Assembly (NCBI GenBank): GCA_048938295.1
Contig: JBHLMI010000016.1
Location: 24,625-56,624 of the forward strand
DNA length: 32,000 nucleotides
Source: Promethearchaeota archaeon
Lineage (GTDB): Archaea; Asgardarchaeota; Hermodarchaeia; Hermodarchaeales; Hermodarchaeaceae
Direction of reading: 5' to 3'
Shown here: positions 16,791-26,212 of the stretch, piece by piece
Position numbering within the stretch: the first letter of the stretch is position 1
How the letters are laid out: every line of letters starts with the position of its first letter
Translations under genes and position numbers: made by a program
The notes under the pieces: model-generated
Told to the model about the DNA's origin: nothing
Databases searched by the model: none
The model's input: the letters and a program-made list of their open reading frames with translations, nothing else

Positions 16791-19700
16791 ATGCGGCGAA
16801 AACAGATCTTCTTATTGGTAGTAATGTCAATCCTGCTCTTTCCCCTCGTTCCTCTTGTTCCCTCTAACAAGGCAATATCACCTCACACCAGCACTTCGGA
16901 TGTGGAAACCGGAACCTCTCCGGATTCATTATTCAACAATCCCCTTGACACTTCATTGACTACACCTGAGTTTACTTTGCCAACCGGTATCTCTATTCCG
17001 GACAATCCTGTAGAAACCCCTGATATCCCAATCAGCCAATCTGGGGCTGGTTCAACTCGTCTTACACAATTAACATGGAATATATCACGGTCATTCAACA
17101 ATCGAAATGATGTTTCAGATTACACAGTCCATATCACTAAGGGCATGCTATATCATGATGAAAGCTACTTCACCCGCATCGGGGATATCCACTCAAATAA
17201 AGACTACATACTGGTTGAAGACCATGATCCCTTAGCCGGTTGGCGCTATTACTGGCCAATGGAAGAAAAGGCCTGGCCTGGTGAAGTCGTGTTTATGGCC
17301 TTTAATATTAGCGGGCTCTCCCCAATTGAGCTAACTGAATTTGTAATCTACCTCTATTCACCAAGTACTCCACCCAATCCTGTCTCTGGGGGTTGGTATA
17401 ATTATACTGTGTATGCTGCAGCCCCCAGTGGAACCTCGGGCTTGGGAACTATGCCAAATTTGGCTCAACGTATGGGACCTTGGATGCAGGAACTTGTTCC
17501 AGATATCCCAAGAGGGGATGAACTTTGGGTTCCGCTCCCCACTACCCCTATTATTTTGGATAGCGGAATGACTTATGCGAACACCTTCTACTTTGCCCTC
17601 ACAATGATGCCTGGTGCTGCTGCAAATTGGGCATTGATGGAGGATGTCGGAATTCCCCCCGATGGAGATGGTGATGATGAAGGTGATGCATGGTATTCCT
17701 ATCCTTGGCCAAGCCTTACTTTCTTCTCGGGTCCTTCGCATGATTTCTTCCTCGGACTTGCATTCACACGGTTCTTCTATCCCAGTGAGATAGGCATGGC
17801 TGTGAATGCTACTCCTGTGATGGACCAGTTTCCAACTCCTGGAATTGGTTTATGGGATGGTGGCTGGCATTCACCAGCCATCAATATGACGAATGCTGAC
17901 CGATATTATGACGTGTCATACAGCATGCCAGGTTTAACCTATGATGTAGATTGGCTTGGCTGGTTTTATGAACTAGTATATGCTGATTCGCACTGGACCG
18001 CGTACGTTTTCCAAGATTGGGTTGATTGGAACGTAAGCTTCTATGCTGAGTTTCCTGTTCTAGCGCTTGATCAGAGAATATTAGTTTCGATTGGGTCAGA
18101 TTGGACAGTGCTTTCTGTCCAATGCAATGGATTGAACCACTTGGACTGGTCATATCAATATTCTCCCACCACCGGATACTGGCTTGTCATTGATAACGCC
18201 CGAAGTGGACAATGGACCATCCTTTGCGATTCACCAGATTATATGGTAGATTCGGAAGTTCGGGATATGTCAAATCAGGTGATTACACAAGCCACAGGCG
18301 ACGATGACGTAACAGCCATAGGGTACGTTGAGGATCAATCCGGTCAAAACGCCACCAACGGATATGGCTATCTACTCGTTTACGATCCACGAGATGCCTT
18401 CAATACTTTTAATTTCAGTGCCCTTCCGATGCCTCCAGGTGGAATGGTCGAAATCAATTGGTCAATTTGGCTAACCTCCACATGGGCAGGCGTGTACACG
18501 CTCCATATCCTCTGGACAAATGGCAGTGAGGCAGGCCTGAATCTCCAAACTCTCGAAGTCTACATGCAAACTAATCTAAAAATCACCTATGAATTCCCTC
18601 CAGCTGGCGATCCCGTGATTCGCGGTGACGTGGTCCATATTGAAGTCTATTTTGACAACCAATGGGGATTCCCAATCTACGATGCTACAGTCACAATCAT
18701 TAATGACAGCAGTGGATTAGAATGGGGGCTTGGCCCAGGCGACACCAAAATTGATTATGAGTATATCAACTGGGAAGAACAAGGCTTTCCCGGATACTAC
18801 ACAGCACTCCTCTTTACTGAAAATGCCTCTCTTGGAGTTTTACACAATATCACAATGCAGCTCTCCTCGCCCTATAATCAGGATCAGAGTGTGACAAAAC
18901 AATTCGAGGTAAAGAGCCGGGCAACTCATATCGTGTTCTTCTGGGAAGGGCAACCACTTCCAGGATTGAATAATATCTCGGATATTTGGTTTACTGATCC
19001 TCACCCCTACATCAACGATACATCTTTACAGTTCACTATTCGTTATACCGATGATTTTGGTCTACCCATTACTGGAGCTCAAATTACCCCGTATCTCGTT
19101 CACGAGACGCAGGGGGTCTACAAACGGCTTGATTGGGTTGACCTATATCTTATTGACTCAACTAAACCAGGCTTCTATAATATCACCATCGATACCAATC
19201 CAATAGCTGGCAGAGCCTTTCACGAAGGTGATCCAGCCTATATTGTCATTTATGCAAGTAAGTTTGGCTACGAATCAACCTGGTCAGACACAATCGATGT
19301 CTTACCCCAACCTCGACCTTCCCGCATCGATGTGCCACTCGAATTTCAAGAAATCACATTATACCACGATTGGACTTATCCCACAAGTGGGCATCCTAAC
19401 ATTCTCCGTGTTATTCTCCGTGATGCCATAAACAGTGAAGACCTGAGTCATGGAACAGTAAAAGCTAGTGTAGGTGGGTTACCAAACATCACCCTCATTT
19501 TAGCAACTCCCGGACTTGGGCTTTATGAAATTGAAAATATCACAACAGCAGGATTACTACCTGGGGTCTATAACATCACACTCTATGCTGAAGCACGAGA
19601 TTTCGTTGAAACAGTAACCTATGTCCAACTGACAATCCTTCCCAAACAGACAATCGGGTATACCATCGATTCGAACTTCGAAGAATTACAAATGCCTAAT

Positions 19701-20870
19701 TATGGTTTGGAGTGGTGGATCTCTCTTCAGCTTTATCTTGAAAATCCTCCTGGTTTCAAGAACTCGGATTCAATTTTTGGAGTTAGTCGCCAACCAGGAG
19801 TAAGCTTCATACCTAGTGGTGTTAAGGTCATTTTAACCATTACCGCACAGAGTGGAAATTATGCCCCGATAGAGGGAACTGTTGGCGAAGATGGAATGGT
19901 GCATTTTTCAGGGGACCTTATCCATGAAGGGGAACATAATTTCTACATAAGCCTAGAAGGTGCAGAGAATTATGCCACCATCACGAATATGGAGATCCAG
20001 CCCAGTAGCCAACCCGTTAGCGTTATGTCAATGACTTCTCTTATTACTCAAAATCTCCCAACAATTCTTATGCTGGTCGCCCTTATCACCATAATTCCAT
20101 TGGGTTCATTTCTAGCCTACCGGCGCTATTATCTCCTACCCAAACGCCAAGAAAAATTAGAGAAATACCAAACCATTGCAGATACTTTCAGTGACGTAGC
20201 GAATCTTAATCGACTCCTCGTACTCCACAAAGAAAGCGGCATTTGCGTCTTTGATCCCTTCGCTGAAGAAAGCCAAGACGCAACGTTAGTAGCAGGATTT
20301 CTCCAAGCAATTTCCACCTTTGGACATGACCTAGGAGACAGTCAAGGGCTTGCAAATGGTTCAGATGAGGCACGTACCCTCCGCGAACTCCAATACGAAG
20401 GCTTTCGAATCCTCATCAACGATGCCCAGTTCATTCGTGTTGCTTTAGTTCTGAGTGGAACACCCAGTGAACAACTCCGAGGTCGACTCGAAACCTTCTC
20501 AGACGTCTTTGAGAAACGATATCAAGCTGACTTTGAGCAATGGGAGGGCCGCGTAGATCAGTTCAATGGCGCCTCAGACCTCGTTGAAGATGTCTTTCTA
20601 ATCTCACTACGCCACCCCCATAGTGTGACGCCAAGTAAACCTCGCGGAATCCAACTAACCTCAGTGGAATCCGATATTTACAGCCTTTCCAAAGAACTGA
20701 CCAAAGACCGAGAATACATCTTCCTTGGACAAATCCTAAGCACCTATCTCGCTGCAGCGAAAACCGATAAACTGGAAGCTTTAATGGGCATCTATCAGCT
20801 CCGAATGAAAGGTATATTCCAACCACTGCATATCATCCCCGCCCCAACAACTACTGCGTCAGCTGGCTAG
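16791..20870 (+). CDS. Giant type I membrane protein: beta-rich ectodomain, single TM, cytoplasmic longin-like and wHTH-like domains
   Basis: ATG at 16791 follows GGTGGA; signal peptide MRRKQIFLLVVMSILLFPLV; many N-x-S/T sequons; TM LPTILMLVALITIIPLGSFLAY-RR; tail LLVLHKESGICVF...LVAGFLQAISTFG...ELQYEGFRILI...LRGRLETFSDVFEKRY. Confidence 0.8.
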   Translation: MRRKQIFLLVVMSILLFPLVPLVPSNKAISPHTSTSDVETGTSPDSLFNNPLDTSLTTPEFTLPTGISIPDNPVETPDIPISQSGAGSTRLTQLTWNISRSFNNRNDVSDYTVHITKGMLYHDESYFTRIGDIHSNKDYILVEDHDPLAGWRYYWPMEEKAWPGEVVFMAFNISGLSPIELTEFVIYLYSPSTPPNPVSGGWYNYTVYAAAPSGTSGLGTMPNLAQRMGPWMQELVPDIPRGDELWVPLPTTPIILDSGMTYANTFYFALTMMPGAAANWALMEDVGIPPDGDGDDEGDAWYSYPWPSLTFFSGPSHDFFLGLAFTRFFYPSEIGMAVNATPVMDQFPTPGIGLWDGGWHSPAINMTNADRYYDVSYSMPGLTYDVDWLGWFYELVYADSHWTAYVFQDWVDWNVSFYAEFPVLALDQRILVSIGSDWTVLSVQCNGLNHLDWSYQYSPTTGYWLVIDNARSGQWTILCDSPDYMVDSEVRDMSNQVITQATGDDDVTAIGYVEDQSGQNATNGYGYLLVYDPRDAFNTFNFSALPMPPGGMVEINWSIWLTSTWAGVYTLHILWTNGSEAGLNLQTLEVYMQTNLKITYEFPPAGDPVIRGDVVHIEVYFDNQWGFPIYDATVTIINDSSGLEWGLGPGDTKIDYEYINWEEQGFPGYYTALLFTENASLGVLHNITMQLSSPYNQDQSVTKQFEVKSRATHIVFFWEGQPLPGLNNISDIWFTDPHPYINDTSLQFTIRYTDDFGLPITGAQITPYLVHETQGVYKRLDWVDLYLIDSTKPGFYNITIDTNPIAGRAFHEGDPAYIVIYASKFGYESTWSDTIDVLPQPRPSRIDVPLEFQEITLYHDWTYPTSGHPNILRVILRDAINSEDLSHGTVKASVGGLPNITLILATPGLGLYEIENITTAGLLPGVYNITLYAEARDFVETVTYVQLTILPKQTIGYTIDSNFEELQMPNYGLEWWISLQLYLENPPGFKNSDSIFGVSRQPGVSFIPSGVKVILTITAQSGNYAPIEGTVGEDGMVHFSGDLIHEGEHNFYISLEGAENYATITNMEIQPSSQPVSVMSMTSLITQNLPTILMLVALITIIPLGSFLAYRRYYLLPKRQEKLEKYQTIADTFSDVANLNRLLVLHKESGICVFDPFAEESQDATLVAGFLQAISTFGHDLGDSQGLANGSDEARTLRELQYEGFRILINDAQFIRVALVLSGTPSEQLRGRLETFSDVFEKRYQADFEQWEGRVDQFNGASDLVEDVFLISLRHPHSVTPSKPRGIQLTSVESDIYSLSKELTKDREYIFLGQILSTYLAAAKTDKLEALMGIYQLRMKGIFQPLHIIPAPTTTASAG

Positions 20871-20946
20871 ACTCGCTACACCGCTAATTACTCTTTCCAG
20901 TCTTAATAGTACTGAATATGCCTAAAACCAACGCTTACAAATATAA

Positions 20947-21021
20947 TGGAGCCGAGGATGGGATTTGAACCCATATAGAACAGCTCTGCAGGCTGTCGCG
21001 TGGCCACTCCGCCACCTCGGC
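20947..21021 (-). tRNA. tRNA-Cys (GCA), intronless, CCA encoded
   Basis: GCCGAGG/CCTCGGC acceptor stem, ACAGC-CT GCA GA-GCTGT anticodon arm, ATGGG-TTCAAAT-CCCAT T arm, U73 discriminator then CCA. Confidence 0.97.
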
Positions 21022-21131
21022 AGAAAAAAACAGCCACCCCCTCATTACCTTACCGCTTTTTTGCTCTTTCGGTAATGGGATTAGCTTTTTATTGCTGCAC
21101 GAGAGACCAGAATCCAGGGGCAGAACTAACA

Positions 21132-22400
21132 ATGACAGGCAACTCCTCGGAAAAAGCGATACTAGTTATTAGCGACGGGCTTGGTGACCGACCAATCCCT
21201 GCTCTAAAAGGGAAAACCCCCTTAGAAGCTGCTAAGAAACCCACACTCGATAAGCTTGCGGCAAAAGGCATCACGGGTCTTGTGCATGTCCTCTCACCAG
21301 GAATTCCCCCTGGAAGCGATACAGGCCACCTTTCCCTCTTCGGGTATGATGCCCGAGACTGCTATACGGGACGAGGCCCCTTCGAAGCCTTGGGTGCCAG
21401 CCTCGATCTCGGACCAACTGATGTTGCCTTCCGAGGGAATTTTGCCACAGTCCGCCAACTGAAAGATGAAACATACGATGTTTTAGATCGGCGAGCAGGC
21501 CGCAACGTAGCTGAAGGTGCAGAACTTGTCAAACTCATCGATGGGCTGAAAGTACCTGGTTATCCCACGATTGAAGTCACTGTAAGGCATACAGTTGAAC
21601 ATCGTTGCGTGGTTGTGATTCGAGGCGACGGACTATCTTCGAAAATTTCCGACACTGATCCCCATGGACATGGCGATTCTGTGCTTGCATCGATGCCGTT
21701 AGATGACACATCAGAAGCTGAGCTTACATCTAAAATTGTGAATGCAACTACTCGCGAATTTCACCGTATCTTAGCCGATAGTCCCATCAATGCTCAACGA
21801 AAGAAGGCTGGGCTACCAGAAGCGAATATCGTAATTCTACGTGGCGCAGGTGTACTCCCTGAGATTCCATTCCTCAAAGATATCTATGGGATTTCTACCG
21901 CCTGCGTGGCGGGTGGAGCTCTCTACAAAGGTGTTGCCCAGAGTGTAGGTATGGACGTGCTCTCTGTACCCGGTGACACAGCAAGCTATGACACAGATGT
22001 TGAGGCTAAAGCCCGAGCAACAGCTGATGCGTTGAAAAACCATGACTATGTGTTTCTCCACTTCAAACCTACCGATAGTGCAGCCCATGATTTGGATCCT
22101 AGAAAAAAGATGGCGATGATCGAGAAATTTGATCAGATGGTAGCAACCCTCACCCAACTTATCGACATGGACCACACTCACATCGCCATAACCGGTGATC
22201 ACACAACGGCCAGCACTACTGGCCAACACACAGGAGATCCAGTTCCCCTCCTGCTTGTGGGTCCAACGGTTCGCAATGATGATGTAAAGGAGTTCAGTGA
22301 AAGGGCATGTGCTACTGGGGGGCTAGGCTCTATTCTTGGGATGGCTGTCATGCCCCTGCTAATGAGCGCGATAGACCGAACACCCATGTTTGGTGCCTAA
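21132..22400 (+). CDS. apgM: 2,3-bisphosphoglycerate-independent phosphoglycerate mutase (archaeal)
   Basis: ISDGLGDRP, KTPLEAA, PGSDTGHLSLFGYD, YTGRGPFEALG, AFRGNF, ITGDHTT, HTGDPVP. ATG at 21132, since the longer ORF overlaps the tRNA. Confidence 0.95.
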   Translation: MTGNSSEKAILVISDGLGDRPIPALKGKTPLEAAKKPTLDKLAAKGITGLVHVLSPGIPPGSDTGHLSLFGYDARDCYTGRGPFEALGASLDLGPTDVAFRGNFATVRQLKDETYDVLDRRAGRNVAEGAELVKLIDGLKVPGYPTIEVTVRHTVEHRCVVVIRGDGLSSKISDTDPHGHGDSVLASMPLDDTSEAELTSKIVNATTREFHRILADSPINAQRKKAGLPEANIVILRGAGVLPEIPFLKDIYGISTACVAGGALYKGVAQSVGMDVLSVPGDTASYDTDVEAKARATADALKNHDYVFLHFKPTDSAAHDLDPRKKMAMIEKFDQMVATLTQLIDMDHTHIAITGDHTTASTTGQHTGDPVPLLLVGPTVRNDDVKEFSERACATGGLGSILGMAVMPLLMSAIDRTPMFGA

Positions 22401-22432
22401 GCGTCTGCGTTTTTAAATAGCACAAGCCTTTA

Positions 22433-22786
22433 ATGGAAGCTTTAATGCATGAGGGTCTGGTGACAACCTTGGCAAAAGATTCTGGTCTTGTGCTCGCAGG
22501 TACTGTCCTTTGCTTTATCGCATCAATTATTGCAGTCATCCTCGGTGTACTGGATTTAGTTGCTTTTGACCTCATCAGCGGTGTTATCTACCTCGGTCTC
22601 GGTCTAGTGTGTGTCATTTTCACCTTTCGTATCTATAAGCGGTACTTCCAAACCTATGCAATTCTGCTTCTGGTGTTTTCGATTATTTTCCTCGTCGCAG
22701 CATACCTTGTTCTTGGAACTTGGGGATATCTCGTCGGCATTCTCATGCTCATTGGAGTAATTCTACTCCTTGTTGCGAAAGCTTAA
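22433..22786 (+). CDS. Small membrane protein with about four TM helices, unknown function
   Basis: Four hydrophobic segments; follows apgM on the same strand. Start codon uncertain. Confidence 0.7.
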   Translation: MEALMHEGLVTTLAKDSGLVLAGTVLCFIASIIAVILGVLDLVAFDLISGVIYLGLGLVCVIFTFRIYKRYFQTYAILLLVFSIIFLVAAYLVLGTWGYLVGILMLIGVILLLVAKA

Positions 22787-22796
22787 TCAAGCGCGT

Positions 22797-23570
22797 TTAT
22801 TCAGCGACATCGGACAAGGCTATAATGGCCTTGGTTAGGGCTCGGATGATGGCTGAATGGGCGCTTGCCCTTCTTTCTTTTTCTTGCTCTGTCAAGTCAT
22901 CAAGGATGCTTTTTCCCTCGAGAGGTAAATCCGAAATAACATGCGCTGCGACCGCATTAATTCCCACAACGCTCGCAACCGTATACAAGGCACTGGTCTC
23001 CATTTCAATCCCCATAAACGCCTTTTCTGATAATGCAGTCAAAAACGGGATAGTCTCCGCTGCTAGCGAATCAGTCGTGAACACGTCCCCAACGAACAAC
23101 TGGTATCCCTCTTCGTCAGCCACGACCTGAAGAAACGGTTGCACGTGTTTAGCTAACTCAGAACACACACAAGCCCGATCAAAAAGTGACGCAAAATATC
23201 CGGATGCCCCATCTCCGCGCTCACAATCCATGGCTAAAACAAAATCACCAATCTCCATTCCTTGTGCGAGCCCACCAATAGCGCCAGTGTATAGGATGTT
23301 TTTCACTCCGGCAAATTGCAGAAAGTACACACAATCGGCCATGCCAGGTGCATACCTGACATTATCCAATATTGTGATGAACTGGTTCTCTTCTAAGAAC
23401 CCAGACACACCAGTAAACCATTTACCAATTGGCACAGGCTGCTGAAGCTGGTCTTCAAGTTCAATCACCTTGTTCTTGGTGGGAGTAATCAAGACAGTAG
23501 GGGCGATTTGATCGGGGTGTACACCAAAGACGCGGTGGATTATTCGTTCTGGGTCATATTCTGCAAACAT
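22797..23570 (-). CDS. Nucleoside phosphorylase family protein (PNP/UDP fold)
   Basis: ILYTGAIGGL...IGDFVL, RGDGAS, GDVFTTD, GIEMETSALY, HVISD. Confidence 0.85.
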   Translation of the reverse strand: MFAEYDPERIIHRVFGVHPDQIAPTVLITPTKNKVIELEDQLQQPVPIGKWFTGVSGFLEENQFITILDNVRYAPGMADCVYFLQFAGVKNILYTGAIGGLAQGMEIGDFVLAMDCERGDGASGYFASLFDRACVCSELAKHVQPFLQVVADEEGYQLFVGDVFTTDSLAAETIPFLTALSEKAFMGIEMETSALYTVASVVGINAVAAHVISDLPLEGKSILDDLTEQEKERRASAHSAIIRALTKAIIALSDVAE

Positions 23571-23796
23571 CTATTTTCTCTTCCATATAGTTCGATGTGC
23601 TTCAGCACCTGGCATAGCACTCGATGCGGATAGCTGGCAGCTGGTCTCGCTTAAAAAGCGTTCCTCTATCCAAATACAGAAAGTATTGTCAGCATAGATT
23701 TGGCATAAGAAATATTGACGGTGAGCAAGATATATAGACGATACAAATTAGATGGCTACTTACACGGTCTTAGAACAAGCCCCGAAGGGTTGAGCT

Positions 23797-24930
23797 ATGG
23801 AGAAACGGAAGATTATGCGGCTAGGCAAATCCTCGCTAGTCGTTTCCATTCCCAAAAGCTGGACAGAAGAATTCAAACTCAACTCTGGCGATCATCTCAT
23901 TCTAATTCCACAACGCGACCGTTCTTTAGCCCTTTATCCAGTCAAAGAGTTCTCTGATACACCCTCCGAACAAGAAATTATCACCGATCCAACGGATGAA
24001 CCTGGTATTCTTGAACGACGCCTTATCGCCGCTTATCTAAACAATTTTGGTATTATCCACCTCCGGTCAAAGGGTGTTTTCACACCAGAACAGCAATCAC
24101 TTGTACGGCAACGAGTGCGCATGTTAACGGGCTTACAAATCATAGATGCTAGCACCAACGAAATTGTCATCCAGTCTCTGATGAGGCTCAACCAACTCGA
24201 TTTACCTAAAAGCATGCGCCTAGCTCATCGCATCACCTCCACCATGCTCGTGGATGCCCTTTCAGCGCTTCAAATCCGAGACGCTGAACTTGCTCAAACA
24301 GTCATCGGTCTTGACGAAGACGTCAACCAATTCTACTTTTTAGTATTCAAACAACTCCGAGCAGCTCTGCTGGACCCTCGATTCATGAATGAGCTCAACA
24401 TCGATTCGATGGACTGCCTCACCTACCTAATGTTCATCCAACGCATTGAGAATGTGGCTGACCATGCAAAGGGGATTGCTCAATCAGTCATCTCGCTTGG
24501 AAAAGAGGAATGCCCGAAAGATCTCCTTAACCTAGCCTTAAAGACAGGTAACCACGTTCACCGAGTATATTCCATGGCTGCGGAATCGATGTTGATGGGT
24601 GATGACAAAGCTGCGAATCACGTCATCAATGAAATCGTTCATTTCGTTCCCATGCGACAACAAGCCGAGGAACTTATGGAACAGCATCTAGTAAAGCTCT
24701 GTGAACAAATGCTGCCCAAACTCACTCCCGACAGCTGCGCCCTTTTTGGCCCCCACCAAAAGGCTATGTTCTGCTTAGAAAACATCTTCGATTCCTTTGG
24801 AAAAATCCTTGAACATTCCAGCGCCATAGCCGAAATTGCCATCGATAAGGCCCTTGAAACGAATCGCCGATGGCCCGTAACAGAAACTCTCAAACCGAAA
24901 AAGAAGAAGACCACCAAAACAAAAGTCTAG
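23797..24930 (+). CDS. AbrB/SpoVT-PhoU phosphate-uptake-regulator-like protein
   Basis: N-terminal RKIMRLGKSSLVVSIPKSW AbrB domain and tandem PhoU repeats (DEDVNQFY, ERIxDH-like QRIENVADH); polybasic C-terminal tail. Confidence 0.88.
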   Translation: MEKRKIMRLGKSSLVVSIPKSWTEEFKLNSGDHLILIPQRDRSLALYPVKEFSDTPSEQEIITDPTDEPGILERRLIAAYLNNFGIIHLRSKGVFTPEQQSLVRQRVRMLTGLQIIDASTNEIVIQSLMRLNQLDLPKSMRLAHRITSTMLVDALSALQIRDAELAQTVIGLDEDVNQFYFLVFKQLRAALLDPRFMNELNIDSMDCLTYLMFIQRIENVADHAKGIAQSVISLGKEECPKDLLNLALKTGNHVHRVYSMAAESMLMGDDKAANHVINEIVHFVPMRQQAEELMEQHLVKLCEQMLPKLTPDSCALFGPHQKAMFCLENIFDSFGKILEHSSAIAEIAIDKALETNRRWPVTETLKPKKKKTTKTKV

Positions 24931-24999
24931 CCCAGTGTGGAAAAGCCCTTTAGGCTCCAACCCTAAGTTTTTGCATGCTATACGCCCTAGTAAAGATTA

Positions 25000-26163
25000 A
25001 TGGTAATTAGGCTTGGTGCAACCGTGGTGGAACCCATTTCCCCTGATGTTATCCGTACAACCGATGTCGGAAGTTATCCACTCGTCGCCATTGATATGAC
25101 CCGTTATTCATGGGGTGCTGCAGATCTAGAGGGCAGTCATCACACAGAAGTAGCTAAGGACTTCATCCGACAGCACAATGATGCCTTTACACGCAAGATG
25201 AGAGCACTAGGGTCATCGATCAGTGCACCTTGCTATGTGCAAGGCACCTTCGAAAGGGATATGATCAGTCAATTCCTTGACCCTATTGTCCGGCATGGCC
25301 GTGGTCTCCAAAAACAGGCAAACAGGTATCTCTGGGACGGAACTCTCATCCAGTTGCCATCAGAAAAGGCTCAAGTAGCTGAACTTCTAGCCCTTAAACA
25401 CGGGGCAAAAACCATCTGCCAAGAATTCGAGATTGATTCTATCCAATACCGGGCCTGCATCACTGGACCCTTTGAATTAGCCAGTCGCCTCTGGCGAGAC
25501 ATGGGCGTTGGTCCCCGCTACGATGAATCCCTCATCGAATCCTTCGCAGCCATCGTCCGCGCCTTCATGAAGAACGCCCAAATCGAAACCAAATACCTCA
25601 AGCCCCTCATCATTACACTGGATGAACCTTCAATCGGTGTCGCTGGGGTCGGTGATCTATTCATGGATACTGATACGGATGATCGGCTCAATCACCTCAT
25701 CGACAACTGGAATACAATACTCTCAACTATTCCTTCTTGTTATTACCGTGGTATACATCTCCATTCTTCTCCTTACCACCAACTCGCTAGCGCGAATTGG
25801 AATCTGCTTGAAGCCCACCAGAGCGTCATTGTTTCAAAATCTTGGCTTGTGGAGCACAACAAATACATTCGAGCCGCGGTCATGCGAACCGACGGACCGA
25901 CTTTTTCCTCAGGCGTTAATCTACGAAAGGCTTGGGACGAAATCCTGTCAGGGAACATTCTGCCTTACCTCCAGCCACAAGAAGAAATGTGGCATTATCT
26001 TGAAGCTGCTGTCACCCGCTATGGCAGTGACCAAGTCCCTTTTGCTGGTCCCGAATGTGGACTTGGTCCCTGGAACTGGCGATACGGTGAGGAAATGGTC
26101 CTCGCTAGCCTTGAGAATCTCCAACAGGTTGTTACAAGTTTCAACCAGTCACACAAACTCTAA
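25000..26163 (+). CDS. Core (C-terminal-barrel-only) MetE-like methyltransferase with a variant Zn site
   Basis: TTDVGSYP, ITGPFELA, LDEPSIG, IHLHS in place of HxC, LLEAH, GPECGL. Confidence 0.7.
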   Translation: MVIRLGATVVEPISPDVIRTTDVGSYPLVAIDMTRYSWGAADLEGSHHTEVAKDFIRQHNDAFTRKMRALGSSISAPCYVQGTFERDMISQFLDPIVRHGRGLQKQANRYLWDGTLIQLPSEKAQVAELLALKHGAKTICQEFEIDSIQYRACITGPFELASRLWRDMGVGPRYDESLIESFAAIVRAFMKNAQIETKYLKPLIITLDEPSIGVAGVGDLFMDTDTDDRLNHLIDNWNTILSTIPSCYYRGIHLHSSPYHQLASANWNLLEAHQSVIVSKSWLVEHNKYIRAAVMRTDGPTFSSGVNLRKAWDEILSGNILPYLQPQEEMWHYLEAAVTRYGSDQVPFAGPECGLGPWNWRYGEEMVLASLENLQQVVTSFNQSHKL

Positions 26164-26212
26164 TAGGCTTCTCGAACTCCACTCTAGACTGCTAAATAAC
26201 TGCTGACGAGTT

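Noticed and set aside
16556-20946. Giant gene next to the tRNA-Cys 3' end as a possible integrated island
   Set aside because: No duplicated tRNA 3' end (att site) seen by eye, and no integrase or other mobility gene.
21000-21131. N-terminal extension of apgM, and similar extensions of cofD (to 16029), the giant protein (from 16701) and rps26e (to 6597)
   Set aside because: They overlap the tRNA, the upstream gene or leader regions, and homology begins at the downstream starts.
23647-23700. Short inverted repeats CGCT-TAAAA-AGCG and AATAC-AGAAA-GTATT between the phosphorylase and PhoU genes
   Set aside because: Arms of only 4-5 bp are expected by chance, and the first simply contains the phosphorylase TATA box.
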